From assembly GCA_963737155.1 (NCBI GenBank), contig CAVTRN010000001.1, positions 32,001 through 96,000 on the forward strand: 64,000 nucleotides of DNA, in the 5' to 3' direction. Below the pieces are notes generated by a model that saw nothing but the letters and a program-made list of their open reading frames with translations, had not been told where the DNA came from and did no database searches. Positions 10,935 through 20,171 of the stretch are shown here, piece after piece (position 1 is the first letter of the stretch; every line of letters starts with the position of its first letter). Both the position numbers and the translations under genes were made by a program. The stretch comes from Nitrospirota bacterium (lineage in GTDB: Bacteria > Nitrospirota > UBA9217).

Positions 10935-11017
10935 ATTTTATGCCAATCGCACCGTTTTGTCAATTCTTTAGACCAATTCTTTAGACCAATTGTACGCTTC
11001 TTTTAACCAAGAGTCAA
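10935..11017 (-). promoter_or_regulatory. Two tandem sigma70 promoters for dcm-vsr-ecoRII
   Basis: TTGACA(10958-10963)-17-TAAAAT(10935-10940) and TTGACT(11012-11017)-17-TACAAT(10989-10994). Confidence 0.65.
10961..10991. repeat. 13-bp tandem direct repeat, candidate operator
   Basis: CAATTCTTTAGAC x2 plus CAATT, overlapping both dcm promoters. Confidence 0.7.
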
Positions 11018-11032
11018 GTATTAAGGATTTAC

Positions 11033-11061
11033 TTGCTTTATGGGAATAAGTATGGTATAAA
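11033..11061 (+). promoter_or_regulatory. sigma70 promoter for LexA-like gene, probably leaderless
   Basis: TTGCTT-17-TATAAA with an extended -10 TG. ATG at 11069 lies 7 nt downstream and there is no RBS. Confidence 0.55.
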
Positions 11062-11068
11062 AGATAGC

Positions 11069-11737
11069 ATGCATCCTATTCAAGAAAAACTCTTCGAACT
11101 GTCGAATAAGAAAAACCTTGCCGAACTGAGTCTCAGGGAGATGGCCGGCGCAATCGGCCTGCCTCACGAATCCCCCCAGAAAATCAAGCACCATCTTCTT
11201 CAGCTCCAGAAGAAAGGGCTTGTTACCATAGATCGCGCCAAGGGTACGATGGAGCGTGCATCATCGACGCCTGGCTGGGCAAAAGGCCTCCTACACACGG
11301 CTTCCCATCTTTTTTCCATCCCTGTCATCGGAACCGCGAATTGTGGGCCGGCCACCATCTTTGCCGAGCAGAATTTCCAAGGGATACTTCGCGTATCGGG
11401 CAAGCTAGTCGGGCGCTCGAAGCCGACGGGACTCTACGCGATCAAAACCGATGGATCGTCCATGAATCGCGCCGAAGTCAATGGAAGGCACATCGAGGAT
11501 GGAGATTATGTCATCATCAATAAAAATGATGTCGATGTGAAGAGCGGGGATGTCGTCTTGGCAATTATCGACAACAAAGCGACCATCAAAAGGTTTATCG
11601 ACGACCGTGCAAACGGGCAGATCGTCTTGATGGCCGATTCCTCGTATGATTACGAACCTATTTACCTCCATCCCGATGATGATTTCAGCATCAGCGGGAA
11701 AATTGTTGCGGTAATTAAAAAACCGGTTCGCGCATAA
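11069..11737 (+). CDS. LexA/S24-family autocleaving transcriptional repressor
   Basis: N-terminal winged HTH (SLREMA...HHLLQLQKKG), cleavage loop IGTANCG, catalytic GSSM and TIKRF. Start placed at MHPIQ. Confidence 0.85.
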   Translation: MHPIQEKLFELSNKKNLAELSLREMAGAIGLPHESPQKIKHHLLQLQKKGLVTIDRAKGTMERASSTPGWAKGLLHTASHLFSIPVIGTANCGPATIFAEQNFQGILRVSGKLVGRSKPTGLYAIKTDGSSMNRAEVNGRHIEDGDYVIINKNDVDVKSGDVVLAIIDNKATIKRFIDDRANGQIVLMADSSYDYEPIYLHPDDDFSISGKIVAVIKKPVRA

Positions 11738-11790
11738 GAGAAGAAACAAATGGTTATCAAACAAAAAGATTATTATTAAGGGATAAAAAT

Positions 11791-12843
11791 ATGGCATACG
11801 AAATAGACTACATTCCCGTTGGAGATGGAGAAAAAGGTGGCGATGCAATAGCATTGCGCTTTGGGAACCTTGCGGGACCGCGTGCGGAACAGGTAGTGGT
11901 TGTTATTGACGGCGGTTTTCAAGATTCCGGCGAAGAGTTGGTAAACCACATAAAGACTTTCTACAAGACGGACTTGGTGGATGTTGCGGTTTCAACTCAT
12001 CCGGATGCAGACCATGCATCGGGGCTTTCTGTTGTTATGGAAAAACTTCGCGTAAGCACGTTAGTCATGCATAGGCCATGGGAACATGCAGCGGATATAA
12101 AAGGGATGTTTAAAAACGGGCGCATTACCGTTGCCGGGCTTGAGGACAGAATAGAGAAATCGCTCCAGTATGCAAGTGATCTGGAAGCACTGGCAACCAA
12201 AAAAGGGGTACGCATAGTGGAGCCGTTTCAGGGGGTGACAGGCTTTAATGGCGCTTTGCATATCCTAGGGCCGTCACAGGAGTATTATGAAAGCCTTTTG
12301 CCTCTTTTCCGCGCTACTCCTGAACCGGTAAAATCTATCGGGATCTTTGCTCCGATAAGAAAAGCAGTGGAAGAAGCTATCAAGTGGGTCCAGGACCAGT
12401 GGGACATCGATCTGCTCGACGATGATGAAGATACGACATCTGCCGAAAACAGTACAAGCGCGATCATGCTCTTTAATCTCGATGGCCATAAGCTATTGTT
12501 CACAGGCGACGCGGGAAAAAACGCTTTACATCTTGCGGCCGATTATGCAGAATCACAGGGAATCCAGCTCACCGATCTCCAGATATTGGATGTGCCTCAC
12601 CATGGCAGCAGAAGAAACCTGAGCAGTGGGGTGCTGAAGAGAATCAAGGCTAAAACTGCGTCTATCTCTGCACCAAAGGCCTCACCGAAACATCCTTCTA
12701 AAAAGATCATCAATGCTTTGAAAAAGCACGGTTCGAAAGTTTATGTTGTAAAAGGCCAGAAGCTTTGTCATCCCTACCAAGCACCGGAGCGTGGCTGGTC
12801 TTCCGCAACCGAAGAACCGTTTCATGATTATGTCGAAGAGTAA
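11791..12843 (+). CDS. MBL-fold metallo-hydrolase (ComEC/Rec2-like)
   Basis: VGDG..GD, IDGG, THPDADHASG, FTGDAG, VPHHGS, HP. Confidence 0.9.
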   Translation: MAYEIDYIPVGDGEKGGDAIALRFGNLAGPRAEQVVVVIDGGFQDSGEELVNHIKTFYKTDLVDVAVSTHPDADHASGLSVVMEKLRVSTLVMHRPWEHAADIKGMFKNGRITVAGLEDRIEKSLQYASDLEALATKKGVRIVEPFQGVTGFNGALHILGPSQEYYESLLPLFRATPEPVKSIGIFAPIRKAVEEAIKWVQDQWDIDLLDDDEDTTSAENSTSAIMLFNLDGHKLLFTGDAGKNALHLAADYAESQGIQLTDLQILDVPHHGSRRNLSSGVLKRIKAKTASISAPKASPKHPSKKIINALKKHGSKVYVVKGQKLCHPYQAPERGWSSATEEPFHDYVEE

Positions 12844-12857
12844 GCGGATAAAGGCTT

Positions 12858-13547
12858 ATGACCGATAACGACAAAAATACTATGGCAAAAAAAGAATCGC
12901 TCAAAGAAAAAAACACTCCGCTTATCGTCATCTTTATCGTCTGGTGCTTGGCTCTCTACGCCGTATTCGTGATTTCACCCTCGGATTTTTGGGATAAGCT
13001 GCAGTCCACGTTCAAGGAGATCAACGCGAAAGACGGTCTCATCTTCATTATCTCGCCGATTCTGACGTTAATCCTTACAGGACTGGTCAGTTCTGATAAC
13101 AAGGCCAAGCTCGTATTCTGGAAATGCAGGTACGCGCTACCGGGGCATCGGGCATTCTCTACGGTGATCCGACATGATGTCAGGATCAATAAAAAGCAGC
13201 TGGCGCAAAAGATGGGATCGTTTCCAAAAGGCCCCAAAGAGCAGAACAGCCGATGGTATTCAATTTACAAGCGATACTCGGTAGCTCCGATGGTCCTCCA
13301 CGCTCATAAGCAATTTCTTCTCTCCCGAGATCTTTGTTCTATTTCTTTTCTTTTTTCATTTATCGGCCCTTGGGGTCTTCTTCTCTTCGGCCACAAGTTA
13401 TCCTGGGTGCTATTCTATGCGTCGGTGATGTTCGCGCATTATCTCCTATTCATGGTAGTATCTCGAAACCATGGCAATCGATTTGTCTGCAATGTTCTGG
13501 CTGAGTTTATGGCAGATAACAATCCAGGTCCTGCTGCAGGTCAGTAG
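12858..13547 (+). CDS. Multi-pass membrane protein (2+2 TM), unknown function
   Basis: Two hydrophobic pairs flank a basic soluble loop (LPGHRAFS...EQNSRWY). Starts 14 bp after the MBL gene. Confidence 0.75.
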   Translation: MTDNDKNTMAKKESLKEKNTPLIVIFIVWCLALYAVFVISPSDFWDKLQSTFKEINAKDGLIFIISPILTLILTGLVSSDNKAKLVFWKCRYALPGHRAFSTVIRHDVRINKKQLAQKMGSFPKGPKEQNSRWYSIYKRYSVAPMVLHAHKQFLLSRDLCSISFLFSFIGPWGLLLFGHKLSWVLFYASVMFAHYLLFMVVSRNHGNRFVCNVLAEFMADNNPGPAAGQ

Positions 13548-13569
13548 ACGAAGAGGGGGGGTCAATATT

Positions 13570-13764
13570 ATGCCGATGCCGGACACCGTTACAGAAATCA
13601 AGGACAAGAAAAATAATTTTACTTTTCGTGTTCGCGCCTATCGGAAAATCACACCCCAAGAAATGACAGAATCTTATGCGGACTGGTATCGGCAAAGAGA
13701 CAAGCGCTGGTCCTATAAGAACAAGATCATCGAGGTTGTCTCGATCATTGGATATGACGAGTAA
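13570..13764 (+). CDS. Small hypothetical protein
   Basis: GAGGGG RBS before ATG 13570; 64 aa. Confidence 0.45.
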   Translation: MPMPDTVTEIKDKKNNFTFRVRAYRKITPQEMTESYADWYRQRDKRWSYKNKIIEVVSIIGYDE

Positions 13765-13796
13765 TGCTGGCTGCTCACATTTCAGGAGATCAAATA

Positions 13797-14009
13797 ATGG
13801 GTATTCCGTATTTCATAAAGGCGACGCGAGCCTGTGCGGTTTGTACTTATTGGAACGGGAATCGCAGCAGATTTAGAGCAGGAATGGCGGTTGATTCAGA
13901 AAGCTCCCTTGGGTTGTGCCAGAACAGGAAATCGAATAAATATGGGGAGAATACGACGGCCGGGAAAAACAATTGTCCTGAATGCGTGACTTTATCAAAT
14001 TTAGAGTAA
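13797..14009 (+). CDS. Small Cys-rich hypothetical protein
   Basis: AGGAG RBS; motif CAVCTYW...C...CPEC. Confidence 0.5.
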   Translation: MGIPYFIKATRACAVCTYWNGNRSRFRAGMAVDSESSLGLCQNRKSNKYGENTTAGKNNCPECVTLSNLE

Positions 14010-14116
14010 TCTCGCTAAAATCTGGCTAAAGAATATCCTCCGGAATCGTCTTTTCCGTGGAAAATTATCCTTTATGTTCCCGTACGGTTGCGATAGAATT
14101 TCCGAGACTTGCAAGT

Positions 14117-14203
14117 AATCAGGTGGTTGGGTTCCGGCAGGCTCAAGGACCAAAATCCTCCGTAGGCAACTCCATATCGGTTCGATTCCGACTGTCGACG
14201 ACC
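14117..14203 (+). pseudogene. Degenerate tRNA-Leu(CAA)-like relic
   Basis: D-region GGTGG..GGCAG, AGGA-cCAAaa-TCCT anticodon arm with a 6-nt loop, long variable arm GTAG-GCAA-CTCC and intact T-arm TCGG-TTCGATT-CCGA. Acceptor stem is decayed. Confidence 0.5.
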
Positions 14204-14215
14204 TTCGGGTCATGA
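14196..14215 (-). repeat. tRNA-fMet fragment (att-like relic)
   Basis: CGACGACCTTCGGGTCATGA is 19/20 identical to 34327-34346, same orientation. Confidence 0.7.
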
Positions 14216-14419
14216 AACCCAATGGTTCTTTTATTTCTTTTATTTCATTGTTCGAAAGCCTACTAATACTCGCATTTTTTAACTGGAAGCAGGATATTCG
14301 TTCGATTCACGAATGTGGCACTCTTCACCTGCGGCGGTGGGAATCATACCTGAGCACATACTTGATATTTTTCAGATTATTTGGCTCAAAGTTACGATCA
14401 CGGTATGATAGAATTAACG

Positions 14420-16165
14420 TTATTCTTCATATTTGATGTCAACTTTTATACCTAGCAGTTTTTCGGAATCAGACTGATCTGTTAAAACCAACACTGTATT
14501 TTGCTCTATTATATTCTCGTATTCATCTTTTTTTAGGTATCTTTTTATTTCTTCAAGTTGGTTCTGATTTATGCTCGCAATGTACTGATGTCCCTGTTTA
14601 TTGTTTGTAAACATCTCGGCAACGATCCTAAAAAGAGCAGTTTTCTGTATTTCGTCAATTCCATCAAACAAACGGCTATCATGAAACACAAAATTCATAT
14701 TATGACCGTAACCTTTAAATAATAAGGTCAAGTCATAGCAAAATATTTTGACGTGATTTATCCCGTCGGACGCATCCGCATCAATTCGTGCGTCAATATT
14801 ATACCGTATTTGGTTTTCTCCCTCATTATTGTAGACTGTAATACCTGATGAAGCTTCTGGATAAAACTGCTTGGCCAGGGATCGGAAAAAATCTCGAACC
14901 CCGTCAATTATAGCCCTCGAATCCTCTAAATAAGAGTCTGTTCTACGAACTGCTTCAAGCATTTCTTCTCGAATTTCGAGATCAGTATTATGATACTCTG
15001 CGATCAACTTGTCATATTTTATAAGGTTATCTTTCTTCATACGTAAATCAGATAGGCGCTGAGTCACTTTTACAAAAACATCTAGCGCCTGATGTGCCCC
15101 TAAGTATTGTAACATTCTATCCAGATCATTACGCAATTGCTTGTGAAGGTCTGTTTTACTCTTTAGCAGCTTCTCAATGCGGCGTTTCTGTTCAGTAAGT
15201 CTTTTCTGCCGGTTCTTTATGAGACTCTCATAAAATAACTTTACTTGTTCAAGACTATAGGTTACTTGATCAGGGAATAGTATTCCAGCCTCTGCATAAA
15301 TTTTTTCAATACCGTCTGTTCCTACCTCTGGTGCCACTTTTAAGCTTTTATCAATATTCTCTATTTGATAGCCAAGCAAAACTACATTATTATTAATCTC
15401 GGTCAAATCTTTTTCAATTCGATCTGCTGTCCACTTAACTTCATAATAATCGTCCGCAACTCGAAAATATTTTATGTCAGTCTCAACCTTCGAAATCTTA
15501 TCGTCGAGATCTTTCGCTGCAAGCTGAGGGTCCGCACTCCCTGCAAAAAAATTCTTCAGCAGCTCATCATTTTTGATATTATCCGTTAATGTTTTTACCC
15601 TGTCCTTTTCTTTTTTATAATTTAGCTTTTCTTGTGCTAAATTAAGATCAAGCCCCAACAAGAAGGCATTATTAAGCATCTTCTGATAATCGGATCCAAC
15701 CTTTAAGGATTGGTCGTAAGATACATATGATTGCATATATGGGCGAATAAAAAAAGGAAGCAATGATCGGAAAGACAAATATTTGATTTCCTCAGGCATA
15801 TCAAAACAGAGCTTCTCGAGTATGTCATTGAACTTCGTAATCCTCAATTCATTGTTATTTAAATAAATGACTCCGGGATTGTTTGTCCCTCGCCGTGCAG
15901 TATAATTTTCAAGTTTCGCTTCAAATTCAAGAAAAAATTCCCAGTCTGGCAATTCTTTACAAAAAGACTTGTAGTGCTTTTCGGAAGCGCCAAGACAAAA
16001 ATGGATAATTGAAATAAGTATAGACTTACCGACACCGTTATAAGTTTTTCCTTTTTCAGTTGAGTCCTGTTTGCTATGTTTCGCCACAACAAAACTCAAA
16101 CCATTATAATTGAACTTAACAGGCCTGAAAGAGGATTTATTGGCATTAATAGAAAGTAATCTCAT
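14420..16165 (-). CDS. lmuB: Lamassu/ABC-3C SMC-like ATPase (DUF2326)
   Basis: Walker A NGVGKS, SFRSLLPFF, long coiled coil, SDGINHVKIFCYD and FHDSRLFDGID. Confidence 0.85.
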   Translation of the reverse strand: MRLLSINANKSSFRPVKFNYNGLSFVVAKHSKQDSTEKGKTYNGVGKSILISIIHFCLGASEKHYKSFCKELPDWEFFLEFEAKLENYTARRGTNNPGVIYLNNNELRITKFNDILEKLCFDMPEEIKYLSFRSLLPFFIRPYMQSYVSYDQSLKVGSDYQKMLNNAFLLGLDLNLAQEKLNYKKEKDRVKTLTDNIKNDELLKNFFAGSADPQLAAKDLDDKISKVETDIKYFRVADDYYEVKWTADRIEKDLTEINNNVVLLGYQIENIDKSLKVAPEVGTDGIEKIYAEAGILFPDQVTYSLEQVKLFYESLIKNRQKRLTEQKRRIEKLLKSKTDLHKQLRNDLDRMLQYLGAHQALDVFVKVTQRLSDLRMKKDNLIKYDKLIAEYHNTDLEIREEMLEAVRRTDSYLEDSRAIIDGVRDFFRSLAKQFYPEASSGITVYNNEGENQIRYNIDARIDADASDGINHVKIFCYDLTLLFKGYGHNMNFVFHDSRLFDGIDEIQKTALFRIVAEMFTNNKQGHQYIASINQNQLEEIKRYLKKDEYENIIEQNTVLVLTDQSDSEKLLGIKVDIKYEE

Positions 16166-16398
16166 TTTTCCAATACCCCATCATTTTCTTTAATTGCGTT
16201 TATGGTATATAGAAAGATGATAGCAAGCACTAATTTATCAAAACTGATTCTCACAGTATAAACACCTTCGTTAAAGTCTTTATTGTATTGTTCCCATATT
16301 TCATCGATACTCTTCGGTTTCGATAGATTGCCCAGAATGTAGCTACCTAAACCGATAATAGATTCTGATAAATTAATATGTTTAGTCGGCAATAGCAT
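16162..16398 (-). CDS. lmuC: Lamassu/ABC-3C middle component
   Basis: 78 aa (MLLPTKHINLSES...FDKLVLAIIFLY), overlapping both neighbours. Confidence 0.8.
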   Translation of the reverse strand: MLLPTKHINLSESIIGLGSYILGNLSKPKSIDEIWEQYNKDFNEGVYTVRISFDKLVLAIIFLYTINAIKENDGVLEK

Positions 16399-17303
16399 TA
16401 GTGTTTGGTAGGCTCTTCAAAAATATCGCAGACCTCAAAATACTTGGCCATTATAACAAGGACAGCATTCTGATACGCTGAACCGGCTTTTGGACTTGCC
16501 TCGGCAAGAATATACATGAATAATTTATCGCCTTTTTTAGTTTTCTTGCCCAAAAGATACAACCTAAGCAGTTTATCCTTGAGTTCCTCAGCAAGAAAAT
16601 CGCCGTTGTTTTTTAAATACTCTTCAAGGCAACCAACTTGAATGTAAGCACTGTTGAGATAACTCGCAATAGTTTTTGATAACTTGTTAAATTTTATTTT
16701 TTTCGACCAGTCAGGGATATTATAAGACGTTCCGCCCTTTGGAATTAGCGAAATACTCATAATATGTGCTACAACTTCATTAAGAACACTATAATCTAGA
16801 ATCTTAATGTTTTGCGGGTCCGGCAAGAATCCGACAACATTCGTAATTTGATCTTCCTCCAATTTAAACAATATATTTTCTAAATGCTTTGTAGTAATGA
16901 ATCCCGCCTTTTTCAACTTATGATTCTTTTTAATCTTCTTGAGGTTTTTCTCGCTGTCTGCATTCACACCCTTGTACTTGTCATTAACTACAAAATAAAA
17001 CTCATTTACTGGGCTCCATTGCTTTTTGAGGCCATCAAAATCCTTTAACAATTTTTTTACAACAGCGGGATAAGATTGCTGTATCTCTTCTGGAGCAAAG
17101 ACCTGATAAAAAATTCCTTTCGATTTGATATACCCATCATTTTTTCTATCTCCGATATTCCCCCACGGTTTAATTTGTTGAAAATCATGCTCCGCATAAT
17201 TCATAATCCTAGTAAACAGATCTTCGAATGCATTGCCATCGGATTGATTTATTCTGTTACGGAATAAAATTCTCGCGAGTGTCTTCTCAACACTGTTCAT
17301 CAC
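16398..17303 (-). CDS. lmuA: Lamassu/ABC-3C effector: restriction-endonuclease-fold N-terminus and CTD
   Basis: GNAFEDLF...GDRKNDG...YQVFAP nuclease-like motif; C-terminal KIKFNKL...YFEVCDIFE. Confidence 0.8.
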   Translation of the reverse strand: MMNSVEKTLARILFRNRINQSDGNAFEDLFTRIMNYAEHDFQQIKPWGNIGDRKNDGYIKSKGIFYQVFAPEEIQQSYPAVVKKLLKDFDGLKKQWSPVNEFYFVVNDKYKGVNADSEKNLKKIKKNHKLKKAGFITTKHLENILFKLEEDQITNVVGFLPDPQNIKILDYSVLNEVVAHIMSISLIPKGGTSYNIPDWSKKIKFNKLSKTIASYLNSAYIQVGCLEEYLKNNGDFLAEELKDKLLRLYLLGKKTKKGDKLFMYILAEASPKAGSAYQNAVLVIMAKYFEVCDIFEEPTKH

Positions 17304-17383
17304 ATACCTTACACTTTAGATATTTTTGAAATATTCACTACAATGTTCGATCTTCTATTTGTAATTTCTCTGAGCCTCTCAAG

Positions 17384-17520
17384 TCATCCATGAACATAAT
17401 GCATGGTACTCCTGATATCCGCGTGGGGCGAAGCAGAGCTTGAGCAGCTTTCGCATCTTCGCAAGTTTCCACGATCTGAGTAGCAAATCAATGCCTTGAC
17501 ACTTCGTAATGTGTGAATTT
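17384..17520 (-). pseudogene. Tyrosine recombinase C-terminal relic
   Basis: Manual translation gives KFTHYEVSRH*FATQIVETCEDAKAAQALLR[fs]HADIRSTMHYVH, matching the box II RH, H and catalytic Tyr region, with one stop and one frameshift. Confidence 0.7.
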
Positions 17521-17617
17521 AATCTCCGGAATGCTACAACGCCCCCAAAGTTTTTGAGATATAGTCAGGGGTAGTATCTTGAAAAGTTAGGTCGCGAACG
17601 AGCAAGAAATCAAATAC

Positions 17618-18994
17618 TTATGGTTTGTATAACGGCACCTCTGATCTTTTATTTATACTATTTCCGAAACTTGACCCAAACGACTGCTGAGCTTCGATAA
17701 CAATGGTGTGGCTAAGTGGTCGGCGAACAGATTCTGGTGTAACACCAGCTTTCAAAGCATGCATGACACCGACCGCTTCAAGATAATTTTCCACAATAAA
17801 GAGTTTGCCCGGTGCAAACGGCAAAGCATCCAATCTGTTCTTCATGCGGTTCTTATTTTCTCTGACTGCTATTATCGGTATCCCCTGCTCCAGAGCAGCT
17901 AAAGTCGGAAGGCCGATGCATCCATCTGGAATAACAAGACAAGATATATCTGTCGAGCTCAAGACCCCCGCGCGTCCAAAATCCGCCGGATTCGTCACTA
18001 GCCTGGGGCTCTTATGAAGCCCCTTGAGGATGCAATGCAAAAAAGTCAACGAGATTGCTTCAGCGGCTTTTCTGGGCTCGACAATTCCTAAGTCGAGATT
18101 CATAATGTCCTTCGATTCCATCATAGGTGAATGGGCCGATGGGGTATTAAACAACATGGAAATTGCATGAGTCAGCATTGCTTCTACCCCACCCCACGGG
18201 TTTATTGTCTCTTCAGAAAAATATTTTAGATGGGTAGTGTTGGTTAAATTTATAAGCGATGATATGGCGACGGCATCATACTGAGAACGGTATTCGGTCA
18301 GAAGTTCACATAACCGCTCAAGATATTCTATCCGCCCGACAGCTCTCCCCGAGCTTGAAACGAGGGCATCCATCTGGATTGTTTCTTCCATCTTTACAAC
18401 TAAGGGACAATCCAATCCCATGGACGCACGTACAGCAGAGACTGAGTTTACCGTGGCCTCACAGAAATACTCGTCTTCATGTTTGTCCATAACAAGCATT
18501 ATCCTGTTTGATCTTACTTTCTGCAGGCCCACTGTTCCCATCAGTATACGTGCTATGATGCTGCCTTCCACGTAGAGCCCATTTTCCGGCAGTTCATTGA
18601 TGTCGGACGCATTAACCACGTTCGGATGAGTTATGAGTGAATCGCATGCCGAGGCCAGGAGCCGCGCCACAGGGCCTCCATCTCCGGAATGGCCGCCAAT
18701 CTCTGCATCTATGCCGGTGGGGATGAGCAAAACAGTATTGAAGTGGTCAGAATTCTCATAGCTTCTCCGGTTAAATTCAAAGATGGAACTCTGCGACGGC
18801 ACAAAGTTGTAATGGACATCGGACATGACTCCGAGCTCACAATGATACCCCGTGTTGTCAGTCTGCGTAACAACAAAGCGAACCGGTATTTTCCCAAGAG
18901 GGATCTGCTTTAATACCTCATTTGAAAGATATGACAATATCCCTTCATGATTGTGGTTATTAGGTATGGCAACTTCCTGCTCATAAAGTAACAT
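17618..18994 (-). CDS. DUF3326 domain protein
   Basis: IPTGIDAEIGGHSGD, LITHPNVVN, NPWGGVEAMLTH, PRKAAEAIS. Likely ATG at 18994 with a GGAGAG RBS inside the end of the upstream gene. Confidence 0.8.
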   Translation of the reverse strand: MLLYEQEVAIPNNHNHEGILSYLSNEVLKQIPLGKIPVRFVVTQTDNTGYHCELGVMSDVHYNFVPSQSSIFEFNRRSYENSDHFNTVLLIPTGIDAEIGGHSGDGGPVARLLASACDSLITHPNVVNASDINELPENGLYVEGSIIARILMGTVGLQKVRSNRIMLVMDKHEDEYFCEATVNSVSAVRASMGLDCPLVVKMEETIQMDALVSSSGRAVGRIEYLERLCELLTEYRSQYDAVAISSLINLTNTTHLKYFSEETINPWGGVEAMLTHAISMLFNTPSAHSPMMESKDIMNLDLGIVEPRKAAEAISLTFLHCILKGLHKSPRLVTNPADFGRAGVLSSTDISCLVIPDGCIGLPTLAALEQGIPIIAVRENKNRMKNRLDALPFAPGKLFIVENYLEAVGVMHALKAGVTPESVRRPLSHTIVIEAQQSFGSSFGNSINKRSEVPLYKP

Positions 18995-20171
18995 TTTTAA
19001 TCTCTCCGCATCGTGAAATGAAATCCTCGTAACCAAATTCCTTTTTTAATTCCAAATGCCCGTCCTGCGTATACGCATAGATCGAGGGCAAATTGACACC
19101 GTTGAACATGTGCGCCTTTACCATAGTATAGGCCCCCATATATTGAAAGACAATCCGGGAACCTAATTCGAGCGGTTCCGCAAATCTATATGTGCCGAAG
19201 ACATCACCTGCAAGGCATGTGCAACCCGCAAGGATATACTCGTGTGGTCCATCGGATGATTCCTGCATGATTTCGGGCCGATACTGATACTCGAATATCT
19301 CCGGCATATGGTTAACAGTAGTATCGAGAACGGCTACTTTTTTTCCATCGCTCTCGAAAATATCGATAACGCTCGATACAATATATCCCGCCTCTTCAAC
19401 TACACCTTGGCCGGGCTCGATAAAAACATCGAGTTTGTATTTATCCTTTATGAGCCCTATGGCCGCGTAAAAGTCGGCCGGATCGGCCTCGTTGAACAGA
19501 TATCCTCCCCCCAGATTGATCCAGGAGATGTCAGACAAAAGACGGGGGATTTGGCGATCCAAATACTTCACGGTTGCGAGCAACGGCCCATAGGTTTCGG
19601 AGTTGCTATTCGTGTGGAAGTGAATACCTTGTATTTCGCTGCAAAGCCGCTTATTCTTTTCAAGAGCTTTTTGGAGTTGTGTTAGCGGAACTCCAAGCTT
19701 GGAATGTTTTCTGCAAGGGTTATATCGTTTGTCTTCAACAAAAGACAGTTGAGGATTGATTCTTAATCCACAGCTTGCTTGCACAGATGCCTGCCTCGAA
19801 AACCGTTCCCACTGGGAGAGCGAGTTGAAACTGATGTTGTCGGCTACTCCAGTAATATCCTCTATTTCGCAAGGCTTATATCCGGGTGTTACCATGTGAA
19901 CAGTTCCGGAAGAACCAAGAACCTCTCTTGCTAGTTTTGCCTCAAACAGGGAGCTTACCGAAAAACCATTTAAGTGAGGAACCATCAAGGGCAGCGCATC
20001 ATAGACAGCAAAGGACTTTAATGAAAAAAACACCTTGCAGCCAGCTTTCAGATTATCCGCTTTTAGCATCTCTAGTGATTGAATGATAGTTTGTTCATGA
20101 TATATGAATGCCGGCGTCTGTTTGATGCCCGAATATATTGAAATGTTTTTTTTCGTTATTCCGTTGTACAT
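18981..20171 (-). CDS. nspC: Carboxynorspermidine decarboxylase-like PLP enzyme (fold type III)
   Basis: FSLKSF, YNPC..SKLG, IHFH, INLGGG, IEPG, TCLAGDVFG, YTMVK..FNGVNLP. Confidence 0.85.
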   Translation of the reverse strand: MYNGITKKNISIYSGIKQTPAFIYHEQTIIQSLEMLKADNLKAGCKVFFSLKSFAVYDALPLMVPHLNGFSVSSLFEAKLAREVLGSSGTVHMVTPGYKPCEIEDITGVADNISFNSLSQWERFSRQASVQASCGLRINPQLSFVEDKRYNPCRKHSKLGVPLTQLQKALEKNKRLCSEIQGIHFHTNSNSETYGPLLATVKYLDRQIPRLLSDISWINLGGGYLFNEADPADFYAAIGLIKDKYKLDVFIEPGQGVVEEAGYIVSSVIDIFESDGKKVAVLDTTVNHMPEIFEYQYRPEIMQESSDGPHEYILAGCTCLAGDVFGTYRFAEPLELGSRIVFQYMGAYTMVKAHMFNGVNLPSIYAYTQDGHLELKKEFGYEDFISRCGEIKNVTL

